A DNA stretch of 64,000 bases from Lingula anatina (GCA_051362555.1 CM120649.1:10230001-10294000); one strand, 5' to 3'. Positions 37,413-51,266 are shown, numbered from the stretch's first letter. A program made the numbers and translations. Notes: a model not told the origin generated them from the letters alone.

Positions 37413-39211
37413 GTTAAAATCTTGAGAAAAATACATAACTTATAAACAAATATCATTCTAAACAATAGATATTTGATATAGGTCAATTTTATCAGTTGAA
37501 TTGTCAATTATATATCACTATTAAAGCAAAAATGCTTTTTATTGTTTGTAATGCACAATCTTATAGTCTTCTTAGGATTCTATAGAAATTCTTTAATTTC
37601 TATTTCAAAGAAATCTTGAAAAATTGATCATTTGTAAAGTAATCTTTTATGGAGAAATATTTTATCATTAGGAATGTTTTTGTACCAAATCATTGAAGCT
37701 GAAATTATTTTTTAAATTTATGTGAAAGGGGATGGATTTGTCTTATTATAACAGACAATTTTGTGTTTTCAAACATTGCTGTGCATTTTAAACTTTGTAA
37801 TTCTTAGCTAAAAGTGACTCTAATAAAACAGCACTTAAATCTGGGACACAGACATACCAGTCTGTTTTGCAGCTGTACCTTATGGAAAAGAAAGCTAGCT
37901 CTCAGATTAGTGTCATCTCGTTTTTTTTTTTTTTTTTTTTTTAATCATCATAGGGATCATTTACAGCACACACACTATAGAAAAAAAACAAAATTGCTCT
38001 CTGTCGCAAATTTTGATGGGTAAATAAAATGGGTTGTTGTACATGTAAAATGTGCTATTGGACTTGTCTTGTAACTGGTGCCACATGAATGGCAGAAAGC
38101 TTGACTCAGTGTAGGAAAGTAGATGCCAATTATAAACACCATTGCCAATTGCAGTTCAAATAACACCTTTTCTTGAAGATATCAAAAAGATTTGATTAAA
38201 CAGAGTAAAACTAACTAAAACTACTTGCACTGCTGCTTTGGGTTATATGTGCATTTATTTCACATAATACTTTGTTTTGCTCCCCTTGCCACACTAATAT
38301 GAGACTTTAATACATTTTGTTCATCATTATATTTACTTCAATCTTCAGGTCTAAAGTCCAAGAATATTCCCAAGTGTTCTGAAGATTTCTGCAGAAAGGC
38401 TGTTATGTATGTTGTCTGAGTTTTTGACAATAACATGTGTACACCTTCAATGCATTTGTTGGAACTGACTTTATTGGTCTAATCACAAGTACATATCAAT
38501 GCACAGGGGTGCAGTGTAACACGTTACACAAATATAGTACCTAAGATACATAACAAGGCAACTGAGCATCCCCTAGGACTAAACTTACCTGTAAAATCGT
38601 TATAGAAGACAAGACAGGCACAGATGTCACACAAATTTATTCTGCCATTGTTGAAAAATGTAAAAAAAAAATCCTTAACGTGGTAAACAAAGAAAATGCA
38701 GGCACACCAAAAAGACAAAGAACTGATGAGGGGCCACTTTCAAGCACCCCAATAACTCCAGGTCCATCATCTTCTACATACAAATTTTGATCATCCCAAA
38801 CATCTCCAATTGAATCTTCTGCCTCAGCAGTTATAGATAGATATAAATCCATATTACGAAGGAAGAACATAAGCAGAAACCTTAATGAAACTTATAGTGA
38901 AATTCAAGAAGACTATGAGGAAGACTGCTTGGCACTAATAGATGACACCTCACTCCCAGAATAGGAGTAATTAAGGCATCACATTCCCATTCATTCAAGA
39001 AACAGGGCTCAAAATAGCCCCTTGCCCGCTTGCCAATCCTCTGCTTTCCTTGACGTCATTGTTTGTCATCGATTTGTGTGTACCAGCTGGTGTCAGTTAA
39101 AGCACCGCCATATTTATGAACTAGTACAAAGGGGTCATAGAACCGCTTATATTGTTTTTATCATTATCTTGGTTGAATTTGTTGTTGACTTTGGATTTTG
39201 TTGACTTTATT

Positions 39212-41390
39212 ATGAAGGACTCGTACAGAGAATCATTGGAGGGAGATGTAAGATGGAGGTTCCAGGAGAAAATTGGTGATATCAGAAAGGATTCGTATGA
39301 GATTGACAAGAAATTCTGGCCACACATAAATAGTGTTGACCTTTTTGATTTCCTTATTCTTCGGGAGTCGTTTTACACGTCAGACGAATTGAGAAGCTAC
39401 AAAGCCTTAGAAGCCTACCGGTTATTCCAAGATGGATGGATAATTTTGCACATGGAGTTGAATTCCTGCCATCTGCTAAAAGCAAAGGTAAGCTGGTTAT
39501 TAAGACTCTAAACACAACAATATGAAACGTTTTTAGGTTGAATCTAAATCTTGTTTGTACGTAGGATCTGTTGCTTTTGTGGCATAATTACAATGAATGG
39601 CCATAAACACCACTGTAACCACAGACAGAAATTGTAAATGTTATATAATAAACACTGTTAGGGTGTTTATTTCAAAGTAAAAAAAATGAATATGATTCCT
39701 GCTTGTCTGGAGCCTTAATCCAATTATTGGGTAATTTAAATTTAGCTATGTTCTTTATTTTAATGTAAGAGATTTATATATTTTTATATCATTTTGTAAT
39801 GATGTAAGTACATCAATGACATAGTACTACGTATTACGTACTTACTTCAGATTTGTGCTTAGTCATAAATTATCAACTGAAAATGAAAAATAAAGATTAT
39901 TTAATTAACAGCATTTTAAAGACAATATATTGTAGATATTTATGAAACTGTTCTTTTACTTAAGGTTAACCACCCCATGCGTATCAGAGAGAAACCCCTT
40001 GAACCCTGGATCATCATCAGCTCTGGAGGAGTCAACAGTGCACATTGCACATGTATGGCTGGGCTTGGCGAGGCATGTAGTCACATACATATCTGCTGTG
40101 CTGTTTGCTCTAGAAGCCTGGACCAAGGTCAGAAAGGAGGCATCTGTGACAGATGTCCCAGCTTACTGGATGATGCCATTATCTGTTCAGGTACTGATTT
40201 AACGTAGTATTTTGTGGCAAGATTAGAGTAAAAAAATAGATTGGTAGCCATCCATAATGTTTATATCCCTGCACTTTTGTGACAAAAATTTGTATTGTGT
40301 ATTTGTTATGCCAATACTTACAAGAGGACTATAAAAAGGCATGGTATTTAATACATGTATGATTAAGGCTTTGTTCACATGGAAAGTCTATTTTCTAAAA
40401 ATCTATTTTCTATTCGTGGCATATCTTGTGATAACGGTCTGTGCTCTGAAAATCCTGCGGCGTAATTACTGGCAGCGCGAGCCAGTTACTTCCAAAGCTG
40501 TAATTAATTCTCGGCGCTGCCAGTAATTACGCCGCGGGGTATTCAGGCCACAGACCGTGATTACAAGATACCGCAAATAGAAAATAGATTTTTAGAAAAT
40601 ACTTTCCATGTGAACGGTCCCTAAATCTGCACCAAATGGATATTATGAATATAATTTCTATGCTTGAAATTTATTTTACACGTGGTAAATTATCATTTTA
40701 CTCAAGTGTCCATACTAGAATTTTAAACATTTTTTTTCTTATTTTTCCTGTAGTTGGAACATCCATACAAAAGCATTAGAGAGCTGGACTTTCAGTCCTG
40801 AAATAAGAAGCAGAGGGATAGCTTGGCATCTGTTCATCCCATAAAGGACCCAAATAATATACCGTCGCCCACAAAACGTGAGATTGAAGCAGTCTACAGT
40901 GTGCTGTTGAAAAAGGAACTGCTGTTGTCCTGTCTGTGTCTAAGGATTATGCTGCCAATTTTAAACCCAAGTCACTGGAAGGTGATTGACCAGTTGACCT
41001 TAAGTCAGTCAGAAATGATAGTTTTAGGGATGCCTCATATCAGGAGATACTGGCACATGCAGACAGTGTGGACATTAATGTGATCCCATCACAGGCATCA
41101 TATATGGAAAGTGTGACACGGGAGCAAGTGAAGTCTGCGAAGTGGGGTCAGTATAGGGTTGGCCGCATCACAGCCTCAAGAATATATGAGGCCACACGCA
41201 CCACCACAGAGACTTGTGGCTCTGGGCTCTTACAGGCAAAGTGCCCCTCCAGCCTGAAGGATTCTGAGATCATTGACATGCCATATTTGAGGACAAAAAG
41301 TGAAAAAAGGAAAGCAAGTACTTTTTTCAAGTACAGAAGCAACTTTTTTTAACAGACTGCAACTACTGTGACTTTTTTATGACTTTGAAC
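39212..41390 (+). pseudogene. ISL2EU-type SWIM zinc finger/YqaJ exonuclease gene remnant, three exons
   Basis: WP..YKALEAY..F.DGW | VNH..PW..AHCTCMAGLGEACSH..AVLF..W | TREQ..W..R.GRITAS..(deletion)..KCP. Introns 39488-39964 and 40191-40752. Element end gaacc|at. Confidence 0.82.
40367..40621. mobile_element. Harbinger-type palindromic MITE in an intron
   Basis: Almost fully palindromic (ggctttgttcacatggaaagt...actttccatgtgaacggtccc). TAA TSD. Confidence 0.9.
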
Positions 41391-42057
41391 CATAGGGCAA
41401 GCGTAATGTGCACTCATTCTGCCCAACCGGGCAAGTGGACCCAAAATCCGTTTCTGTAAAAATCAATATCACACCCCTTCCCAGGTATTTAATAAGTGCT
41501 CATCAATTCAATGATAAAAAACGGAAACTTTCAAAATAGTTTTGGGAAAACTTACTAGTTAACCAGGGACTCTTAAGTACGGTATACAGTAAAGTAAAAT
41601 CTGAGTCACAAACTGTTTCAGTAAGTTTGAAATTGAAAAATCTCCCCCCTGCACTTATTTGAGTGAAATGTCTTTAGGACAAGAAATATGAGGACAATAT
41701 TCTTGCCTGGGTTTTGGGTCAAAGAGATTTGCAACTGCCAGTTTCCGTGGAAACTTAATGTAGTCAGGCCCATGCCCTGGCAGCCTCTAAAGGGATCGAC
41801 TTCAAAGTGTCAAGAGGATGGGCGAGGCGGTTCATGCAAAGAAACCTTCTGTCAATACACTCTACAGCTACTGTGAGTCAGTGTCTTCCAGCCAATCTGC
41901 AGGAATGATTGGGTGTATTTCATCAGCAATTGAGAGAAGTTCAAGAGGAGTCAGAATTCGAAAACCGCTTCATCATAAACATGGACGAAGTCCCAATGGT
42001 GTTCGACTTGCTGCAGGCAAAGACTATAAACAAGACAGGAGAGAAGGATGTCAGAAT

Positions 42058-44619
42058 GGAGGTTGTCTGGGTTCTCAACGTGAAGACCACATTTCCCCGT
42101 GATTTTACGAGATCTGCCTTGAGGTGGGGTTAAAATATGGAGACCACAAGGAAGTAGAGCAGCGATTTCTTTACTTGAAAAATAGCTGAACTTCCAAAAT
42201 TTTTGAGCTACAGGCTTGTTCTTTTTTCACTTTATAAAGAAAAAGTATTGATATAATATGTACGTACAACTGACGTGAGATTCATTTGCAACCTTTTTGT
42301 CACTTTATGGATGTGGCATGACTGTTTTGCTTTCAATGAGATCAATGTTGAAAGTAGGTCCATGTACATTCTACAGTACAAGCATTGGACATTTGTAAAT
42401 AAGATAATCCAGTGCTGTCAAGGGCTTAATTGCTTCATTTTTAGGTTATCATAATTACTAAATTTAAATTGTTAACTCCAGCTTATTGCAATATGAAATT
42501 TCCTACTTCTGTTTTTTAGCAAATATTCTTCAATCTTCCTTTTTCACCATTAATTTCCCTGATGAAGATGTCAAGAACTTTATATAGTTATCCACTCTTT
42601 CATTTTTAAATTGTCACTGTATATTACTGTCTTTGGGATTTTAAAGAGATGCTTGTCTAAACGTGCCAGTGGATGCAAAATAGACATATGAAAGATACTG
42701 TTCATTTTTGATTGTTCTTCACTGACTGGTCAATTCATGAGATCCATTTGAACAACAAAAGTTTTATAACTGCAACTTATTTTTCTTTATAAATGTTTTA
42801 CTATTAAACTTTATTTTTAAAGAAGTAAAATAAAATCATTTGACATTTCATTTACTGATGGATTGCATATCAGAACATTAGACTTGCCTGCATCTTTGTT
42901 TTAATTTCACTAAATTTATAGTAACTAGTTCAAAAAGCACAAACTTGATCATAAAGTTAATTTTCTTCATCTATTTACTTATGAAAATGATGCTATAGAA
43001 ACTAGTGGATAGCATTCACAAAATGTAAGTTTCATTGTGATCAGATCTGACTTAAATGACAGGAAAGATGACAAAAGAAAGTATTAAAATGGACAACATA
43101 TAAATTGAAATGTTCACAGAATCATTGCATTTTATTGACAGTTATACACAAATACAACAAATAAACACAACATCAAAGGCGAACTTGTATTTGTGATCCG
43201 AGTAAATGATATGAAAAACAGGTGTCATATAGTTATTAAAAAAAGTCACTACAGTAACATAAAAATGATACTAGCAAGAAAAATTATTTTCTTCATTAAA
43301 TTACTAGTGCAGTACAATACATAGGCATATATATATATATATATATACAAAACCAAAAATTTCATTTTAAAGTAATAAAGAAAATGCCTGATACTGTAAG
43401 TGACACCCAGGCAAAAATGCCATCTGTTGATTCCTGATATAATTTTAGTCAACAACATAATAACTAAGGACATAAGAGATTAATATACACTGAGCAATCT
43501 TCAACATCTGATTATCCTGACCACATGATTCTCACAGTTCTTGCCTGGTTCTTGCCTGGTTCTTGCTGTGTCTGTCATGCTCTAAAATAAAAAATAATTA
43601 ACTCACTTAGTTTTCTGAAATATATATCATTATGTGATAAACGTTGTTGTAAAATACCAACTCTAATTTCTATCTAACTTGCAATTATCATAACTGACCA
43701 CCCGGCATGGAATGTTACAAACGCAACTGAACATTCTGTATACTTAATAGGTGTGGAAGGTTCACCAGTATTTCATAATCAGGTACACGTTATATGGAGA
43801 CAGGAATGGTATAAGCAAATTTGTCTGATATAGTTACCAGGCCCGTGCCCGGGGGGGGGGGGGGAGGGGGGGAGGGGGGGGGGAGAGTTTGGGGGGTTCG
43901 AACCACCCTTTTTGCTGGGAAAAGATCCACTCTGGGTACAATTTGATCTATGTACTTGAGGATTTATGGTAAAAGGTCCACTTTTTCAGAAAACGACCCC
44001 CCTCTAAAATTGCTGGCTGTGGGCCTGGTTACCGTAAAAGACTATTAATCACAAGTACTAGGGCTGTATTACGTTAATAAACCATGGTGTCCTGTAAACT
44101 ACACACACAAAACTTACTTATTAATATGTCCCTCGACCGTTGATGATACGGTCTATACGGTGATGCCATGAAGCCAGTGACGTGTCGGGTGCTAGTTGTC
44201 TGCAGTTCGTCCCTTTCTTCCTACAAAATACTGCGACCTGATCTGTACTTTAAATATGTCGGCACTTAGTCCTTTTAATCTGTTCAAGCCCAACTACTTC
44301 TCTTTCTTTACTTCACTTCTCTCGCCAGTCGTGTCTGTCATCCATGGTCATTTTCCTGGTTTTCTCGGTTAGGTTTTACTGCAATGCACCCTACGACACA
44401 ACATTAGCAATTCGCCATTGCGTTGCTCTATCTCAAATTACATGACAACGCCAAATTTTACTCAATGCAATCCTATAACATAGACTTGTGCACAACCGCG
44501 AGAGAAGTTTCAATGGCAGATTTTAACCCCACCTCTCGTGAAATCTCGCTCCAATCCAGGTCTCGTTTGACGTCATCTGCTGCGCAGATGTTCAAAAAAG
44601 GCTATCTCGGATGTTCCCT
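42058..44619 (-). mobile_element. ISL2EU-like derivative with a degenerate THAP ORF
   Basis: AT duplicated at both junctions. Imperfect subterminal inverted repeat (gaggtggggttaaaat / attttaaccccacctc). Minus-strand MAN..CCVVGC..IKR..YFVG at ~44140-44418. Confidence 0.65.
43838..44027. mobile_element. MITE, inverted copy of 2918-3084
   Basis: caggccc...gggcctg termini, interior reverse-complementary to 2918-3084, flanked by gttac. Confidence 0.9.
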
Positions 44620-46589
44620 ATTATTTCATCAGGGTCCGAAAAAAGACATTTTGCTTTTGTTCAGAGCTTCACTGCGGACTATGGTAAATTGCCTAGTATG
44701 ATAATATTTAAAGGTAATTAACAAACTGTTTTATGTTGAAAGATGTATAGTTATGACTGGTAAATGATTATTTTTGCAGAGACATTACAACAATTAGATA
44801 TATAGTTATATGATTTGCGAGCACAATTGTGCAAGGTTCTTGTTTAAGTCTACAGCTAATTTACTTCCACCAGCAATTGGTGGAAGTACATGTTTCTAAG
44901 TTACACTTTACCTGCATTAAAAAAAGTTCACATCTTTTTGCAATTTTCTTTCAGCCTGAAAGTGAATGTGCATTTCTGCCAGTAACGAAGTTAAGCTATA
45001 AATATCACTATTCAAATCGTTCTTTCATTATTTCAGGCAAGAGAAATCCAGTGGTGGAGGGGCCAGAGGGTTAGTTGATAACAGCCAACCCTACAGCCTG
45101 GATGACGGAAGACCTCATGCTGGAATGGGTGGCCAAAATCTTGAAGGTGTACACTGAGCGACGGCCTTCTCTCCTCCTTATGGATGCTTTCTCTCCCACT
45201 GAGAGGGTGGCATGTGCACTGCAGCAAGTGGCAGCAAAGCCAGCAATTATCCCGGGAGGATGCACCTCAAAGGCCCAGTCCCTAGATGTGTCTTTGAACA
45301 AGCCGTTCAAAGGCCGTCTTAGGAGACTGTGGTCTGAGAGGATGCGTGGCGATGTCAAAGCTACGAAAGGACACATCGACCAGCTGAAGACTGCCAGTAA
45401 ACAAGAGATAGTTGACTGGATCAAGGCTGCCTGGGACAATGTCCCAACAACCATGATCCAGAATTCTTTCTCAGTTACTGACATCTTGCGGTCATTAAGG
45501 GGAGACAGTGGTCTTTCAGTGCCGGAGAGCAACATACCCATACTAGACAGCGACAGCGATGGAGAGGAGTTCATGGGTTTTCCCCCATAAGACATCACGG
45601 ATTGCAACGATTCTTGTAAGGACTTTTTGTAAAAGACAATATTCATGATCATCCTTTTACCCAGGCGTAATAGTTATGCACAAGGCAGATTTGAAGAAAA
45701 TGTATAGTAATATAGACAAGATATGACTCCCAAAGCATTACTTGTGTAAATATCGCTCTATAAAGAAGTTTAGGCAAATCACATTTTTTTTGCAAGATAC
45801 AACGTTCTTGTTTGAAATTAATAAAAGGCCAGGATTTGACGTGTTTTAATTACTTAATTTTGGTTTTCTAATTACATTATGCATCAGCATTATTTCAGTA
45901 ATTGTTTCCACTTATTTTTGGGTTCTGCGGGTTTATTTTGGTCCTTGGGTAAAAAATTAATAGGGGCATAAAATTTAACTAATAGGGCCTATTATATAAT
46001 TTCACAATTACCAAATTTTAACCGAAGTGAATCTTGACGTGCGGCGAAATATTGGTTGGGGAAATTTAGATACGGGAAGTACACGGTGCGGGGGCATAAA
46101 GATGAGAGGAGATAATGGCCCAAGGGGGAAAAATGTTGCTGAGAACATAATTAACTTACGTCGAAATTGTTTGGATGGGGCCTTAAAGATAATGGCATGC
46201 AATACACTGACATATAAAGATATGTTAAACTGTCAAGAACTTCACAGTTGTTTGAAGGTTTTGATTTGTTTTGTTTTGTTTAGTTTTCATTAAGTATGTC
46301 ACGTAACTCAGGCAAATAAAATACTTCACTGAAAGGAATTACTGTTTTTAACTTTTTAAATATAGCTTGTGTGTGTTGAAATCAGTCTTTATCCTTACAG
46401 CAGCAGACAATTAGCCCATAAAACTAAATATGTGTGCTCAAAAACAATGAAAATTACAGATTAAGTAAAACCTGCCCAAAGCTGGGGCAGTATAGAGTCA
46501 TGAAAAGTCATTAAATATATTACCGCCCTCCACAGATATTATCATTGCTACATTACACTATATACCATTCATACTTTGGGACTTTACAA

Positions 46590-46830
46590 CCTCTGAACCA
46601 ATGAAACCTCAGGCAAGTGAACCTTCTGACTAGCACACCTTTGGAACAGCTGGACATTTACATCATCAAACTATCAGACCAATGAACCTTCTGACTATTA
46701 TAAAACCTTTTGAACCATTGGATCTTGGCATCATCAAACTATCAGACCAATGAACCTTCAGACTATTATAAAACCTTTTAAACCATTGGATCTTGGCATC
46801 ATCAAACTATCAGACCAATGAACCTTCTTA
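46590..46830. repeat. ~68-bp short tandem repeat, 3-4 copies
   Basis: catcatcaaactatcagaccaatgaaccttc recurs near 46661, 46728 and 46797. Confidence 0.85.
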
Positions 46831-47886
46831 CTCTGTCATGCACTTGACAAATCATTTAACAATAAACTTATAATAATTTCATAAATTCACAAAATGACAA
46901 CATATTTAGTAATTAAAACAAATATCAGAATCAGAAACAAAGACGGACAAAAATACACAAACATATCTACATTGCTACATCAATTTGAAATACTCAGGAC
47001 ATATTGTAGCATCATATCCAAAATGCTTAAGATAACAAAGCAATATCATTAAATAATCCAATCATGATGATTTTCTAGAGGAATTAACATTAAAAAAAAA
47101 ACAAAAATACAGTTTATCAGTAATAGGGTAAACAACAGATGTGTCACAAAGTTCTGACTATGGCAATGACACTGGACAGACACAGTGATCAGAATATAGA
47201 CAGACTGAAAGTGTCTGTATATAATAAATGTCATAAAAATTGCATTATGCAACTTAATGGCCTCACAATAACAGAGATTATTTATAACACATCATATCTG
47301 CACTGAAATATATGTATTCACATTAAAACATTTTCAATGACGTCTTTTTCTGTTCACTGATGGCTTATTGTCTACTACAATCTCGCATACATGCTACCTC
47401 TACTAGTACTGTAACAATTTCCATGCACATGGGGAAATTATTATAACACATCACAACTGAGCTGAAATAGCAATTCACTTTTAAACATTTCCATTGTGTC
47501 TATTTGTCTTCAGTGATAGAGTATTGTCTAACACAATCTCCTTGCTTTATATACCCTGCCTCTATAGTTTCCATGTATATGGGGGAAATGGATTCTTTGT
47601 GTTACCTGGAACCCACATTTGTTGTACAATTGTACTGTTCCATATAACTGGCTCTACAGGATCTGCATGTCATCTTTGGGAGTCTTGTTCTAGGTGGTTC
47701 TGGCAGCACTCTCTCTCACTTAATATGAAATTGACCTCTTGGTCTGCCAGCAGCTCTTTACACAATTCCAGAAGTGTATTTGCTAAAAACATAAACGAAA
47801 TGAAAGTAACTGTTTGCAATGCAACTGGATCACCTCTATAATATAGTGCAAATTATTATTAGGAACCATCTAATGATACATTATTC

Positions 47887-47931
<45 letters not shown>

Positions 47932-48319
47932 TGTAAGATGCACATAATCATTTTTGCATCAACATACTTGATATTTATATCTTGATACTGCTCGTATGTA
48001 ATGGTGATCAAAATAAAATATAATTATTCATTTTATATGCGTTTTGTGTGTACAAGATGAATTGGTTCAAATTCTTAACAAATGACAGGTGTGATTAATA
48101 AAGCACTCGATGAATATAAATATTACATTTACATTACAATTAAAGCAGTGACACATAAACTTTATTCATAATAATCCATGCTTTCCACATTGAAATAATC
48201 ATTTTACCCCTACCCCTTCCCCCAAAAATGTAACAATTGGTGTTTGTGTCTTTACACAAAGGAAAGAGTGGAAACAAATTACCTATCTTTATTTGCATAA
48301 AAAAACAACCATAGATTTT

Positions 48320-48888
48320 GTCTAGCAAGAGGTCCAGTCACCTGTTGACAATGGCTGTCCCGTCTCTGGCTGTCCATTCATCACGTGTCTTGCACAACTA
48401 GGTGAGATGTAGATGTTCCTGTTGCTGCCTTTTTATGTCTGCTTCATATAGAACATCCCCCCATGTCCAGCCAGATAAAGTCTGTTCACCTAGAAGACAC
48501 CATGCTGAGACTGGAGCTGGAAAAAGAGACATGACAATGTATAAGTGAAGGAACACAAATTAATACAAAGAAAAGACAAAAACCTGACAGTCCACCAGAG
48601 CCAGTTGGGAAAAATATTAAAACTACGGTAAACTGCCAAGTGCCCATCTTATATGGTAGACATCAGTGTTGAGGTGATTAAACTATGTTAAGTTAAAAAT
48701 GACCTTGCCTTTTGTAGACTGCTGGGCACAATTGTGACTGACGAGACCAGCACATTCTCAGATTGAACAGAATTAAATAAACAGAACTCTGCCAAATATG
48801 CTGGAATTATTGTGAAATTTGCACACAAAATGCTTAACACCTGTAAAAATCTGGGATAATTATATCAGTTGGCTGTGACTAATTAAAA

Positions 48889-48957
<69 letters not shown>

Positions 48958-49890
48958 AAATGCACACAAACAAAATTTTAAAAGATGTATTCATTTCGTA
49001 TATGTATTGTGCATATAAGTTTAATTGTTTAAACTAAATAAATGCATTGGTAACAAATGTGAGGTGTGGATCAAAAATGACATTAATTACTAGATACCTA
49101 CAATGCAAACTACAATTTTAAGTTGGTTCCTTTTAAATAAACAAGTGTGGACTATTATAATAACCCATGCTTTTTAAGTAACATTAAAATCAATTAAATC
49201 TAAAAAATGTGTTAATTGGTGTTTTTGTCCCCATAGAGGTAAGAGAAGACCAATTATACCCACTGTTACTTGAAAAACAAAATCAACTGTTCATTTTGTG
49301 TACTACCTGCAAGAAGTCCAGTTCCCTGTTTACCATGACTGTCCTGTCTCTGGCTCTTCACAACCCATTCATCCTGAAACTTGCTGTGTCTTGCACAACT
49401 CTGTGGATGAAGGGATATTCCTGCAGCTGTTATTTCCTGTCTATTTTATATTAACAATGAATGTCTCCCATGTCCAGCCAGGTAAAGTCTGTTCACCTAG
49501 AAGACACCATGCTGTATGGAGACTGGACCTGGAAAAAAAGAGACAAAAGATTATATGAAGTGACATACTAGTAAATTATCTTAATAAAAAGACAGAACCC
49601 TGACAGTCTACAAGAGCCAGCAGAATATTTAACCTACAATATTCTGCCTAATATCCACTAAATATGACAGACATCACAGTTATGGTGACTGAACAGAGAC
49701 AATTTAAAATGTCTTTTAGAGGCTGCTTGGCACAATTGTGACTGGTACAACTGTCACAATCTTAAACTGATCAAAGTAAAATAAACAGAACTCTGCCAAA
49801 TCTTCTGGGATTTTCAAGAGAAATTTGCACACAAATTGCCCATAAACAATGGCTGTAATAATCTTGGATAAGTATATCAGTTGAATGTGC
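48320..49890 (-). repeat. Diverged ~1-kb-period duplication containing exon-like blocks
   Basis: cccatgtccagccag.taaagtctgttcacctagaagacaccatgctg near 48460 and 49467. aaataaacagaactctgccaaat near 48775 and 49780. Confidence 0.75.
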
Positions 49891-50142
49891 CTTGTAGAAG
49901 TACATTTTGTGAGGAGTAACATAAGAGAAGTGAAGAAATTTATTTCAATTGAAAGGAAGCACAAAGTATGATAACTGGTTGGTTGATCTACACGGGAAGT
50001 ATAAAAGACTATTATAACACAACTACTAAAACAAAACCAAGCAATAATTTTGTGCACTACCTGCAAGGAAGCATTTTTGGCATGGTGATGGGTGACGGTG
50101 GGTTATGACCACTGCTCCACCTTGGGTCCAATACATTTCATC

Positions 50143-51266
50143 TGTTATAGAAGTCGTGGGTCTCACTTGCCATGTGCTTCTTTCATACTCATTCCTTTTA
50201 CCACGTCATCCACCAGGTGGTGGCCCTGGTCAAGCAATCCACCTTCATCCTGATTACATAGAAATTATCTCAGATTACTATTTTTTCAGGACAGCAATCC
50301 ACCTTCATCCTGATTACATAGAAATTATCTCAGATTACTTTTTTTTCAGGACAGCGATCCCCTTCATCCTAATTACATAGAAATTATCTCAGATTACTTT
50401 TTTTCAGGACAGCAATCCACCTTCATCCTGATTACATAGAAATTATCTCAGATTACTTTTTTTTTCAGGACAGCGATCCGCCTTCATCCTGATTAAATAT
50501 ATATAAATTATGCTCAGATTACTTTTTTTAGGACAGCGATCCACCTTCATCCTGATTAAACATAAATTATATCAGATTACTTTTTTTTTTCAGGACAGCC
50601 ATCCGCCTTCATCCTGATTAAATATATATAAATTATGCTCAGATTACTTTTTTTTAGGACAGTGATCCGCTTTCATCCTGATTAAACATAAATTATATCA
50701 GATTACTTTCTTTTACAGGACAGCAATTCTGTAAATGAGTCCTTCAAATATACTAAATTCTTCTCTCATGTGCCAGTATGGTTCAATGTCCTCATCTTTA
50801 CTGTATAGATTCCAATCTCCTGCTGAGATTCTCTCTCCAAGTTTGATTAGTGTTGGGTCAGCGAGGGTTTCCCAAGCTATCTCATCAAGAATCACTGCAT
50901 TTTCTGATCCTCCTCTCTGTACTATCACCACCCGTTTGTGGCCGTGGGTGTCTGGAGAGACAATCAATAGAGTCTGCATCATTCTTTCCTGGCTCATATA
51001 CCACTTCCTAGTCAACATCTTGTAAGTCCATCATCCATTCCTCTATTCTCGGTGGTAATCTACTTGTGCTTTGTTAAACCCTGTGCAGTTCTCCCTGTGC
51101 CATGTTAGTATTTCTTGCTTATCCTCGTCGCCAATGTTATGACAGGGTGCCGTGGGTCTCACTCGCCATGTGATTCTTTCATACTTGTCCCCATTACCAT
51201 TTCATCCACCAGGTAGTGGCCTGGGTCAAGACGCGACCAATCGACAGCCATGTATTGGATATAACA
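50143..51266 (-). mobile_element. Internally deleted Gypsy-type LTR retrotransposon, 1.1 kb
   Basis: 5' LTR 51135-51266 (tgttat...ataaca). PBS tggcgacgaggat (51121-51133) complementary to the tRNA-Ser(GCT) 3' end. pol remnant ~50725-51080. Partial 3' LTR 50143-50234. TSD tcatc. Confidence 0.88.
50233..50727. repeat. ~60-bp minisatellite (8 copies) inside the LTR element
   Basis: Unit agcaatccaccttcatcctgattacatagaaattatctcagattact(t)n caggac. Confidence 0.95.

Larger units (their letters stand above)
41780..45590 (+). pseudogene. pogo-like transposase (CENP-B HTH + DDE) with one intron, split by a 2.56-kb insertion
   Basis: GWARRFM..IINMDEVPMVFD..KDVRI | ISSGSEKRHF..TADYGKLPSMIIFKG, intron 44714-45036, then AWMTEDLM..LLMDAFS..IPGGCTSKAQSLDVSLNKPFK. 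In-frame stops present. Confidence 0.9.

Noticed and set aside
45071-45652. 193-aa minus-strand ORF
   Set aside because: Antisense shadow of the pogo DDE region. The same applies to 20557-20916.
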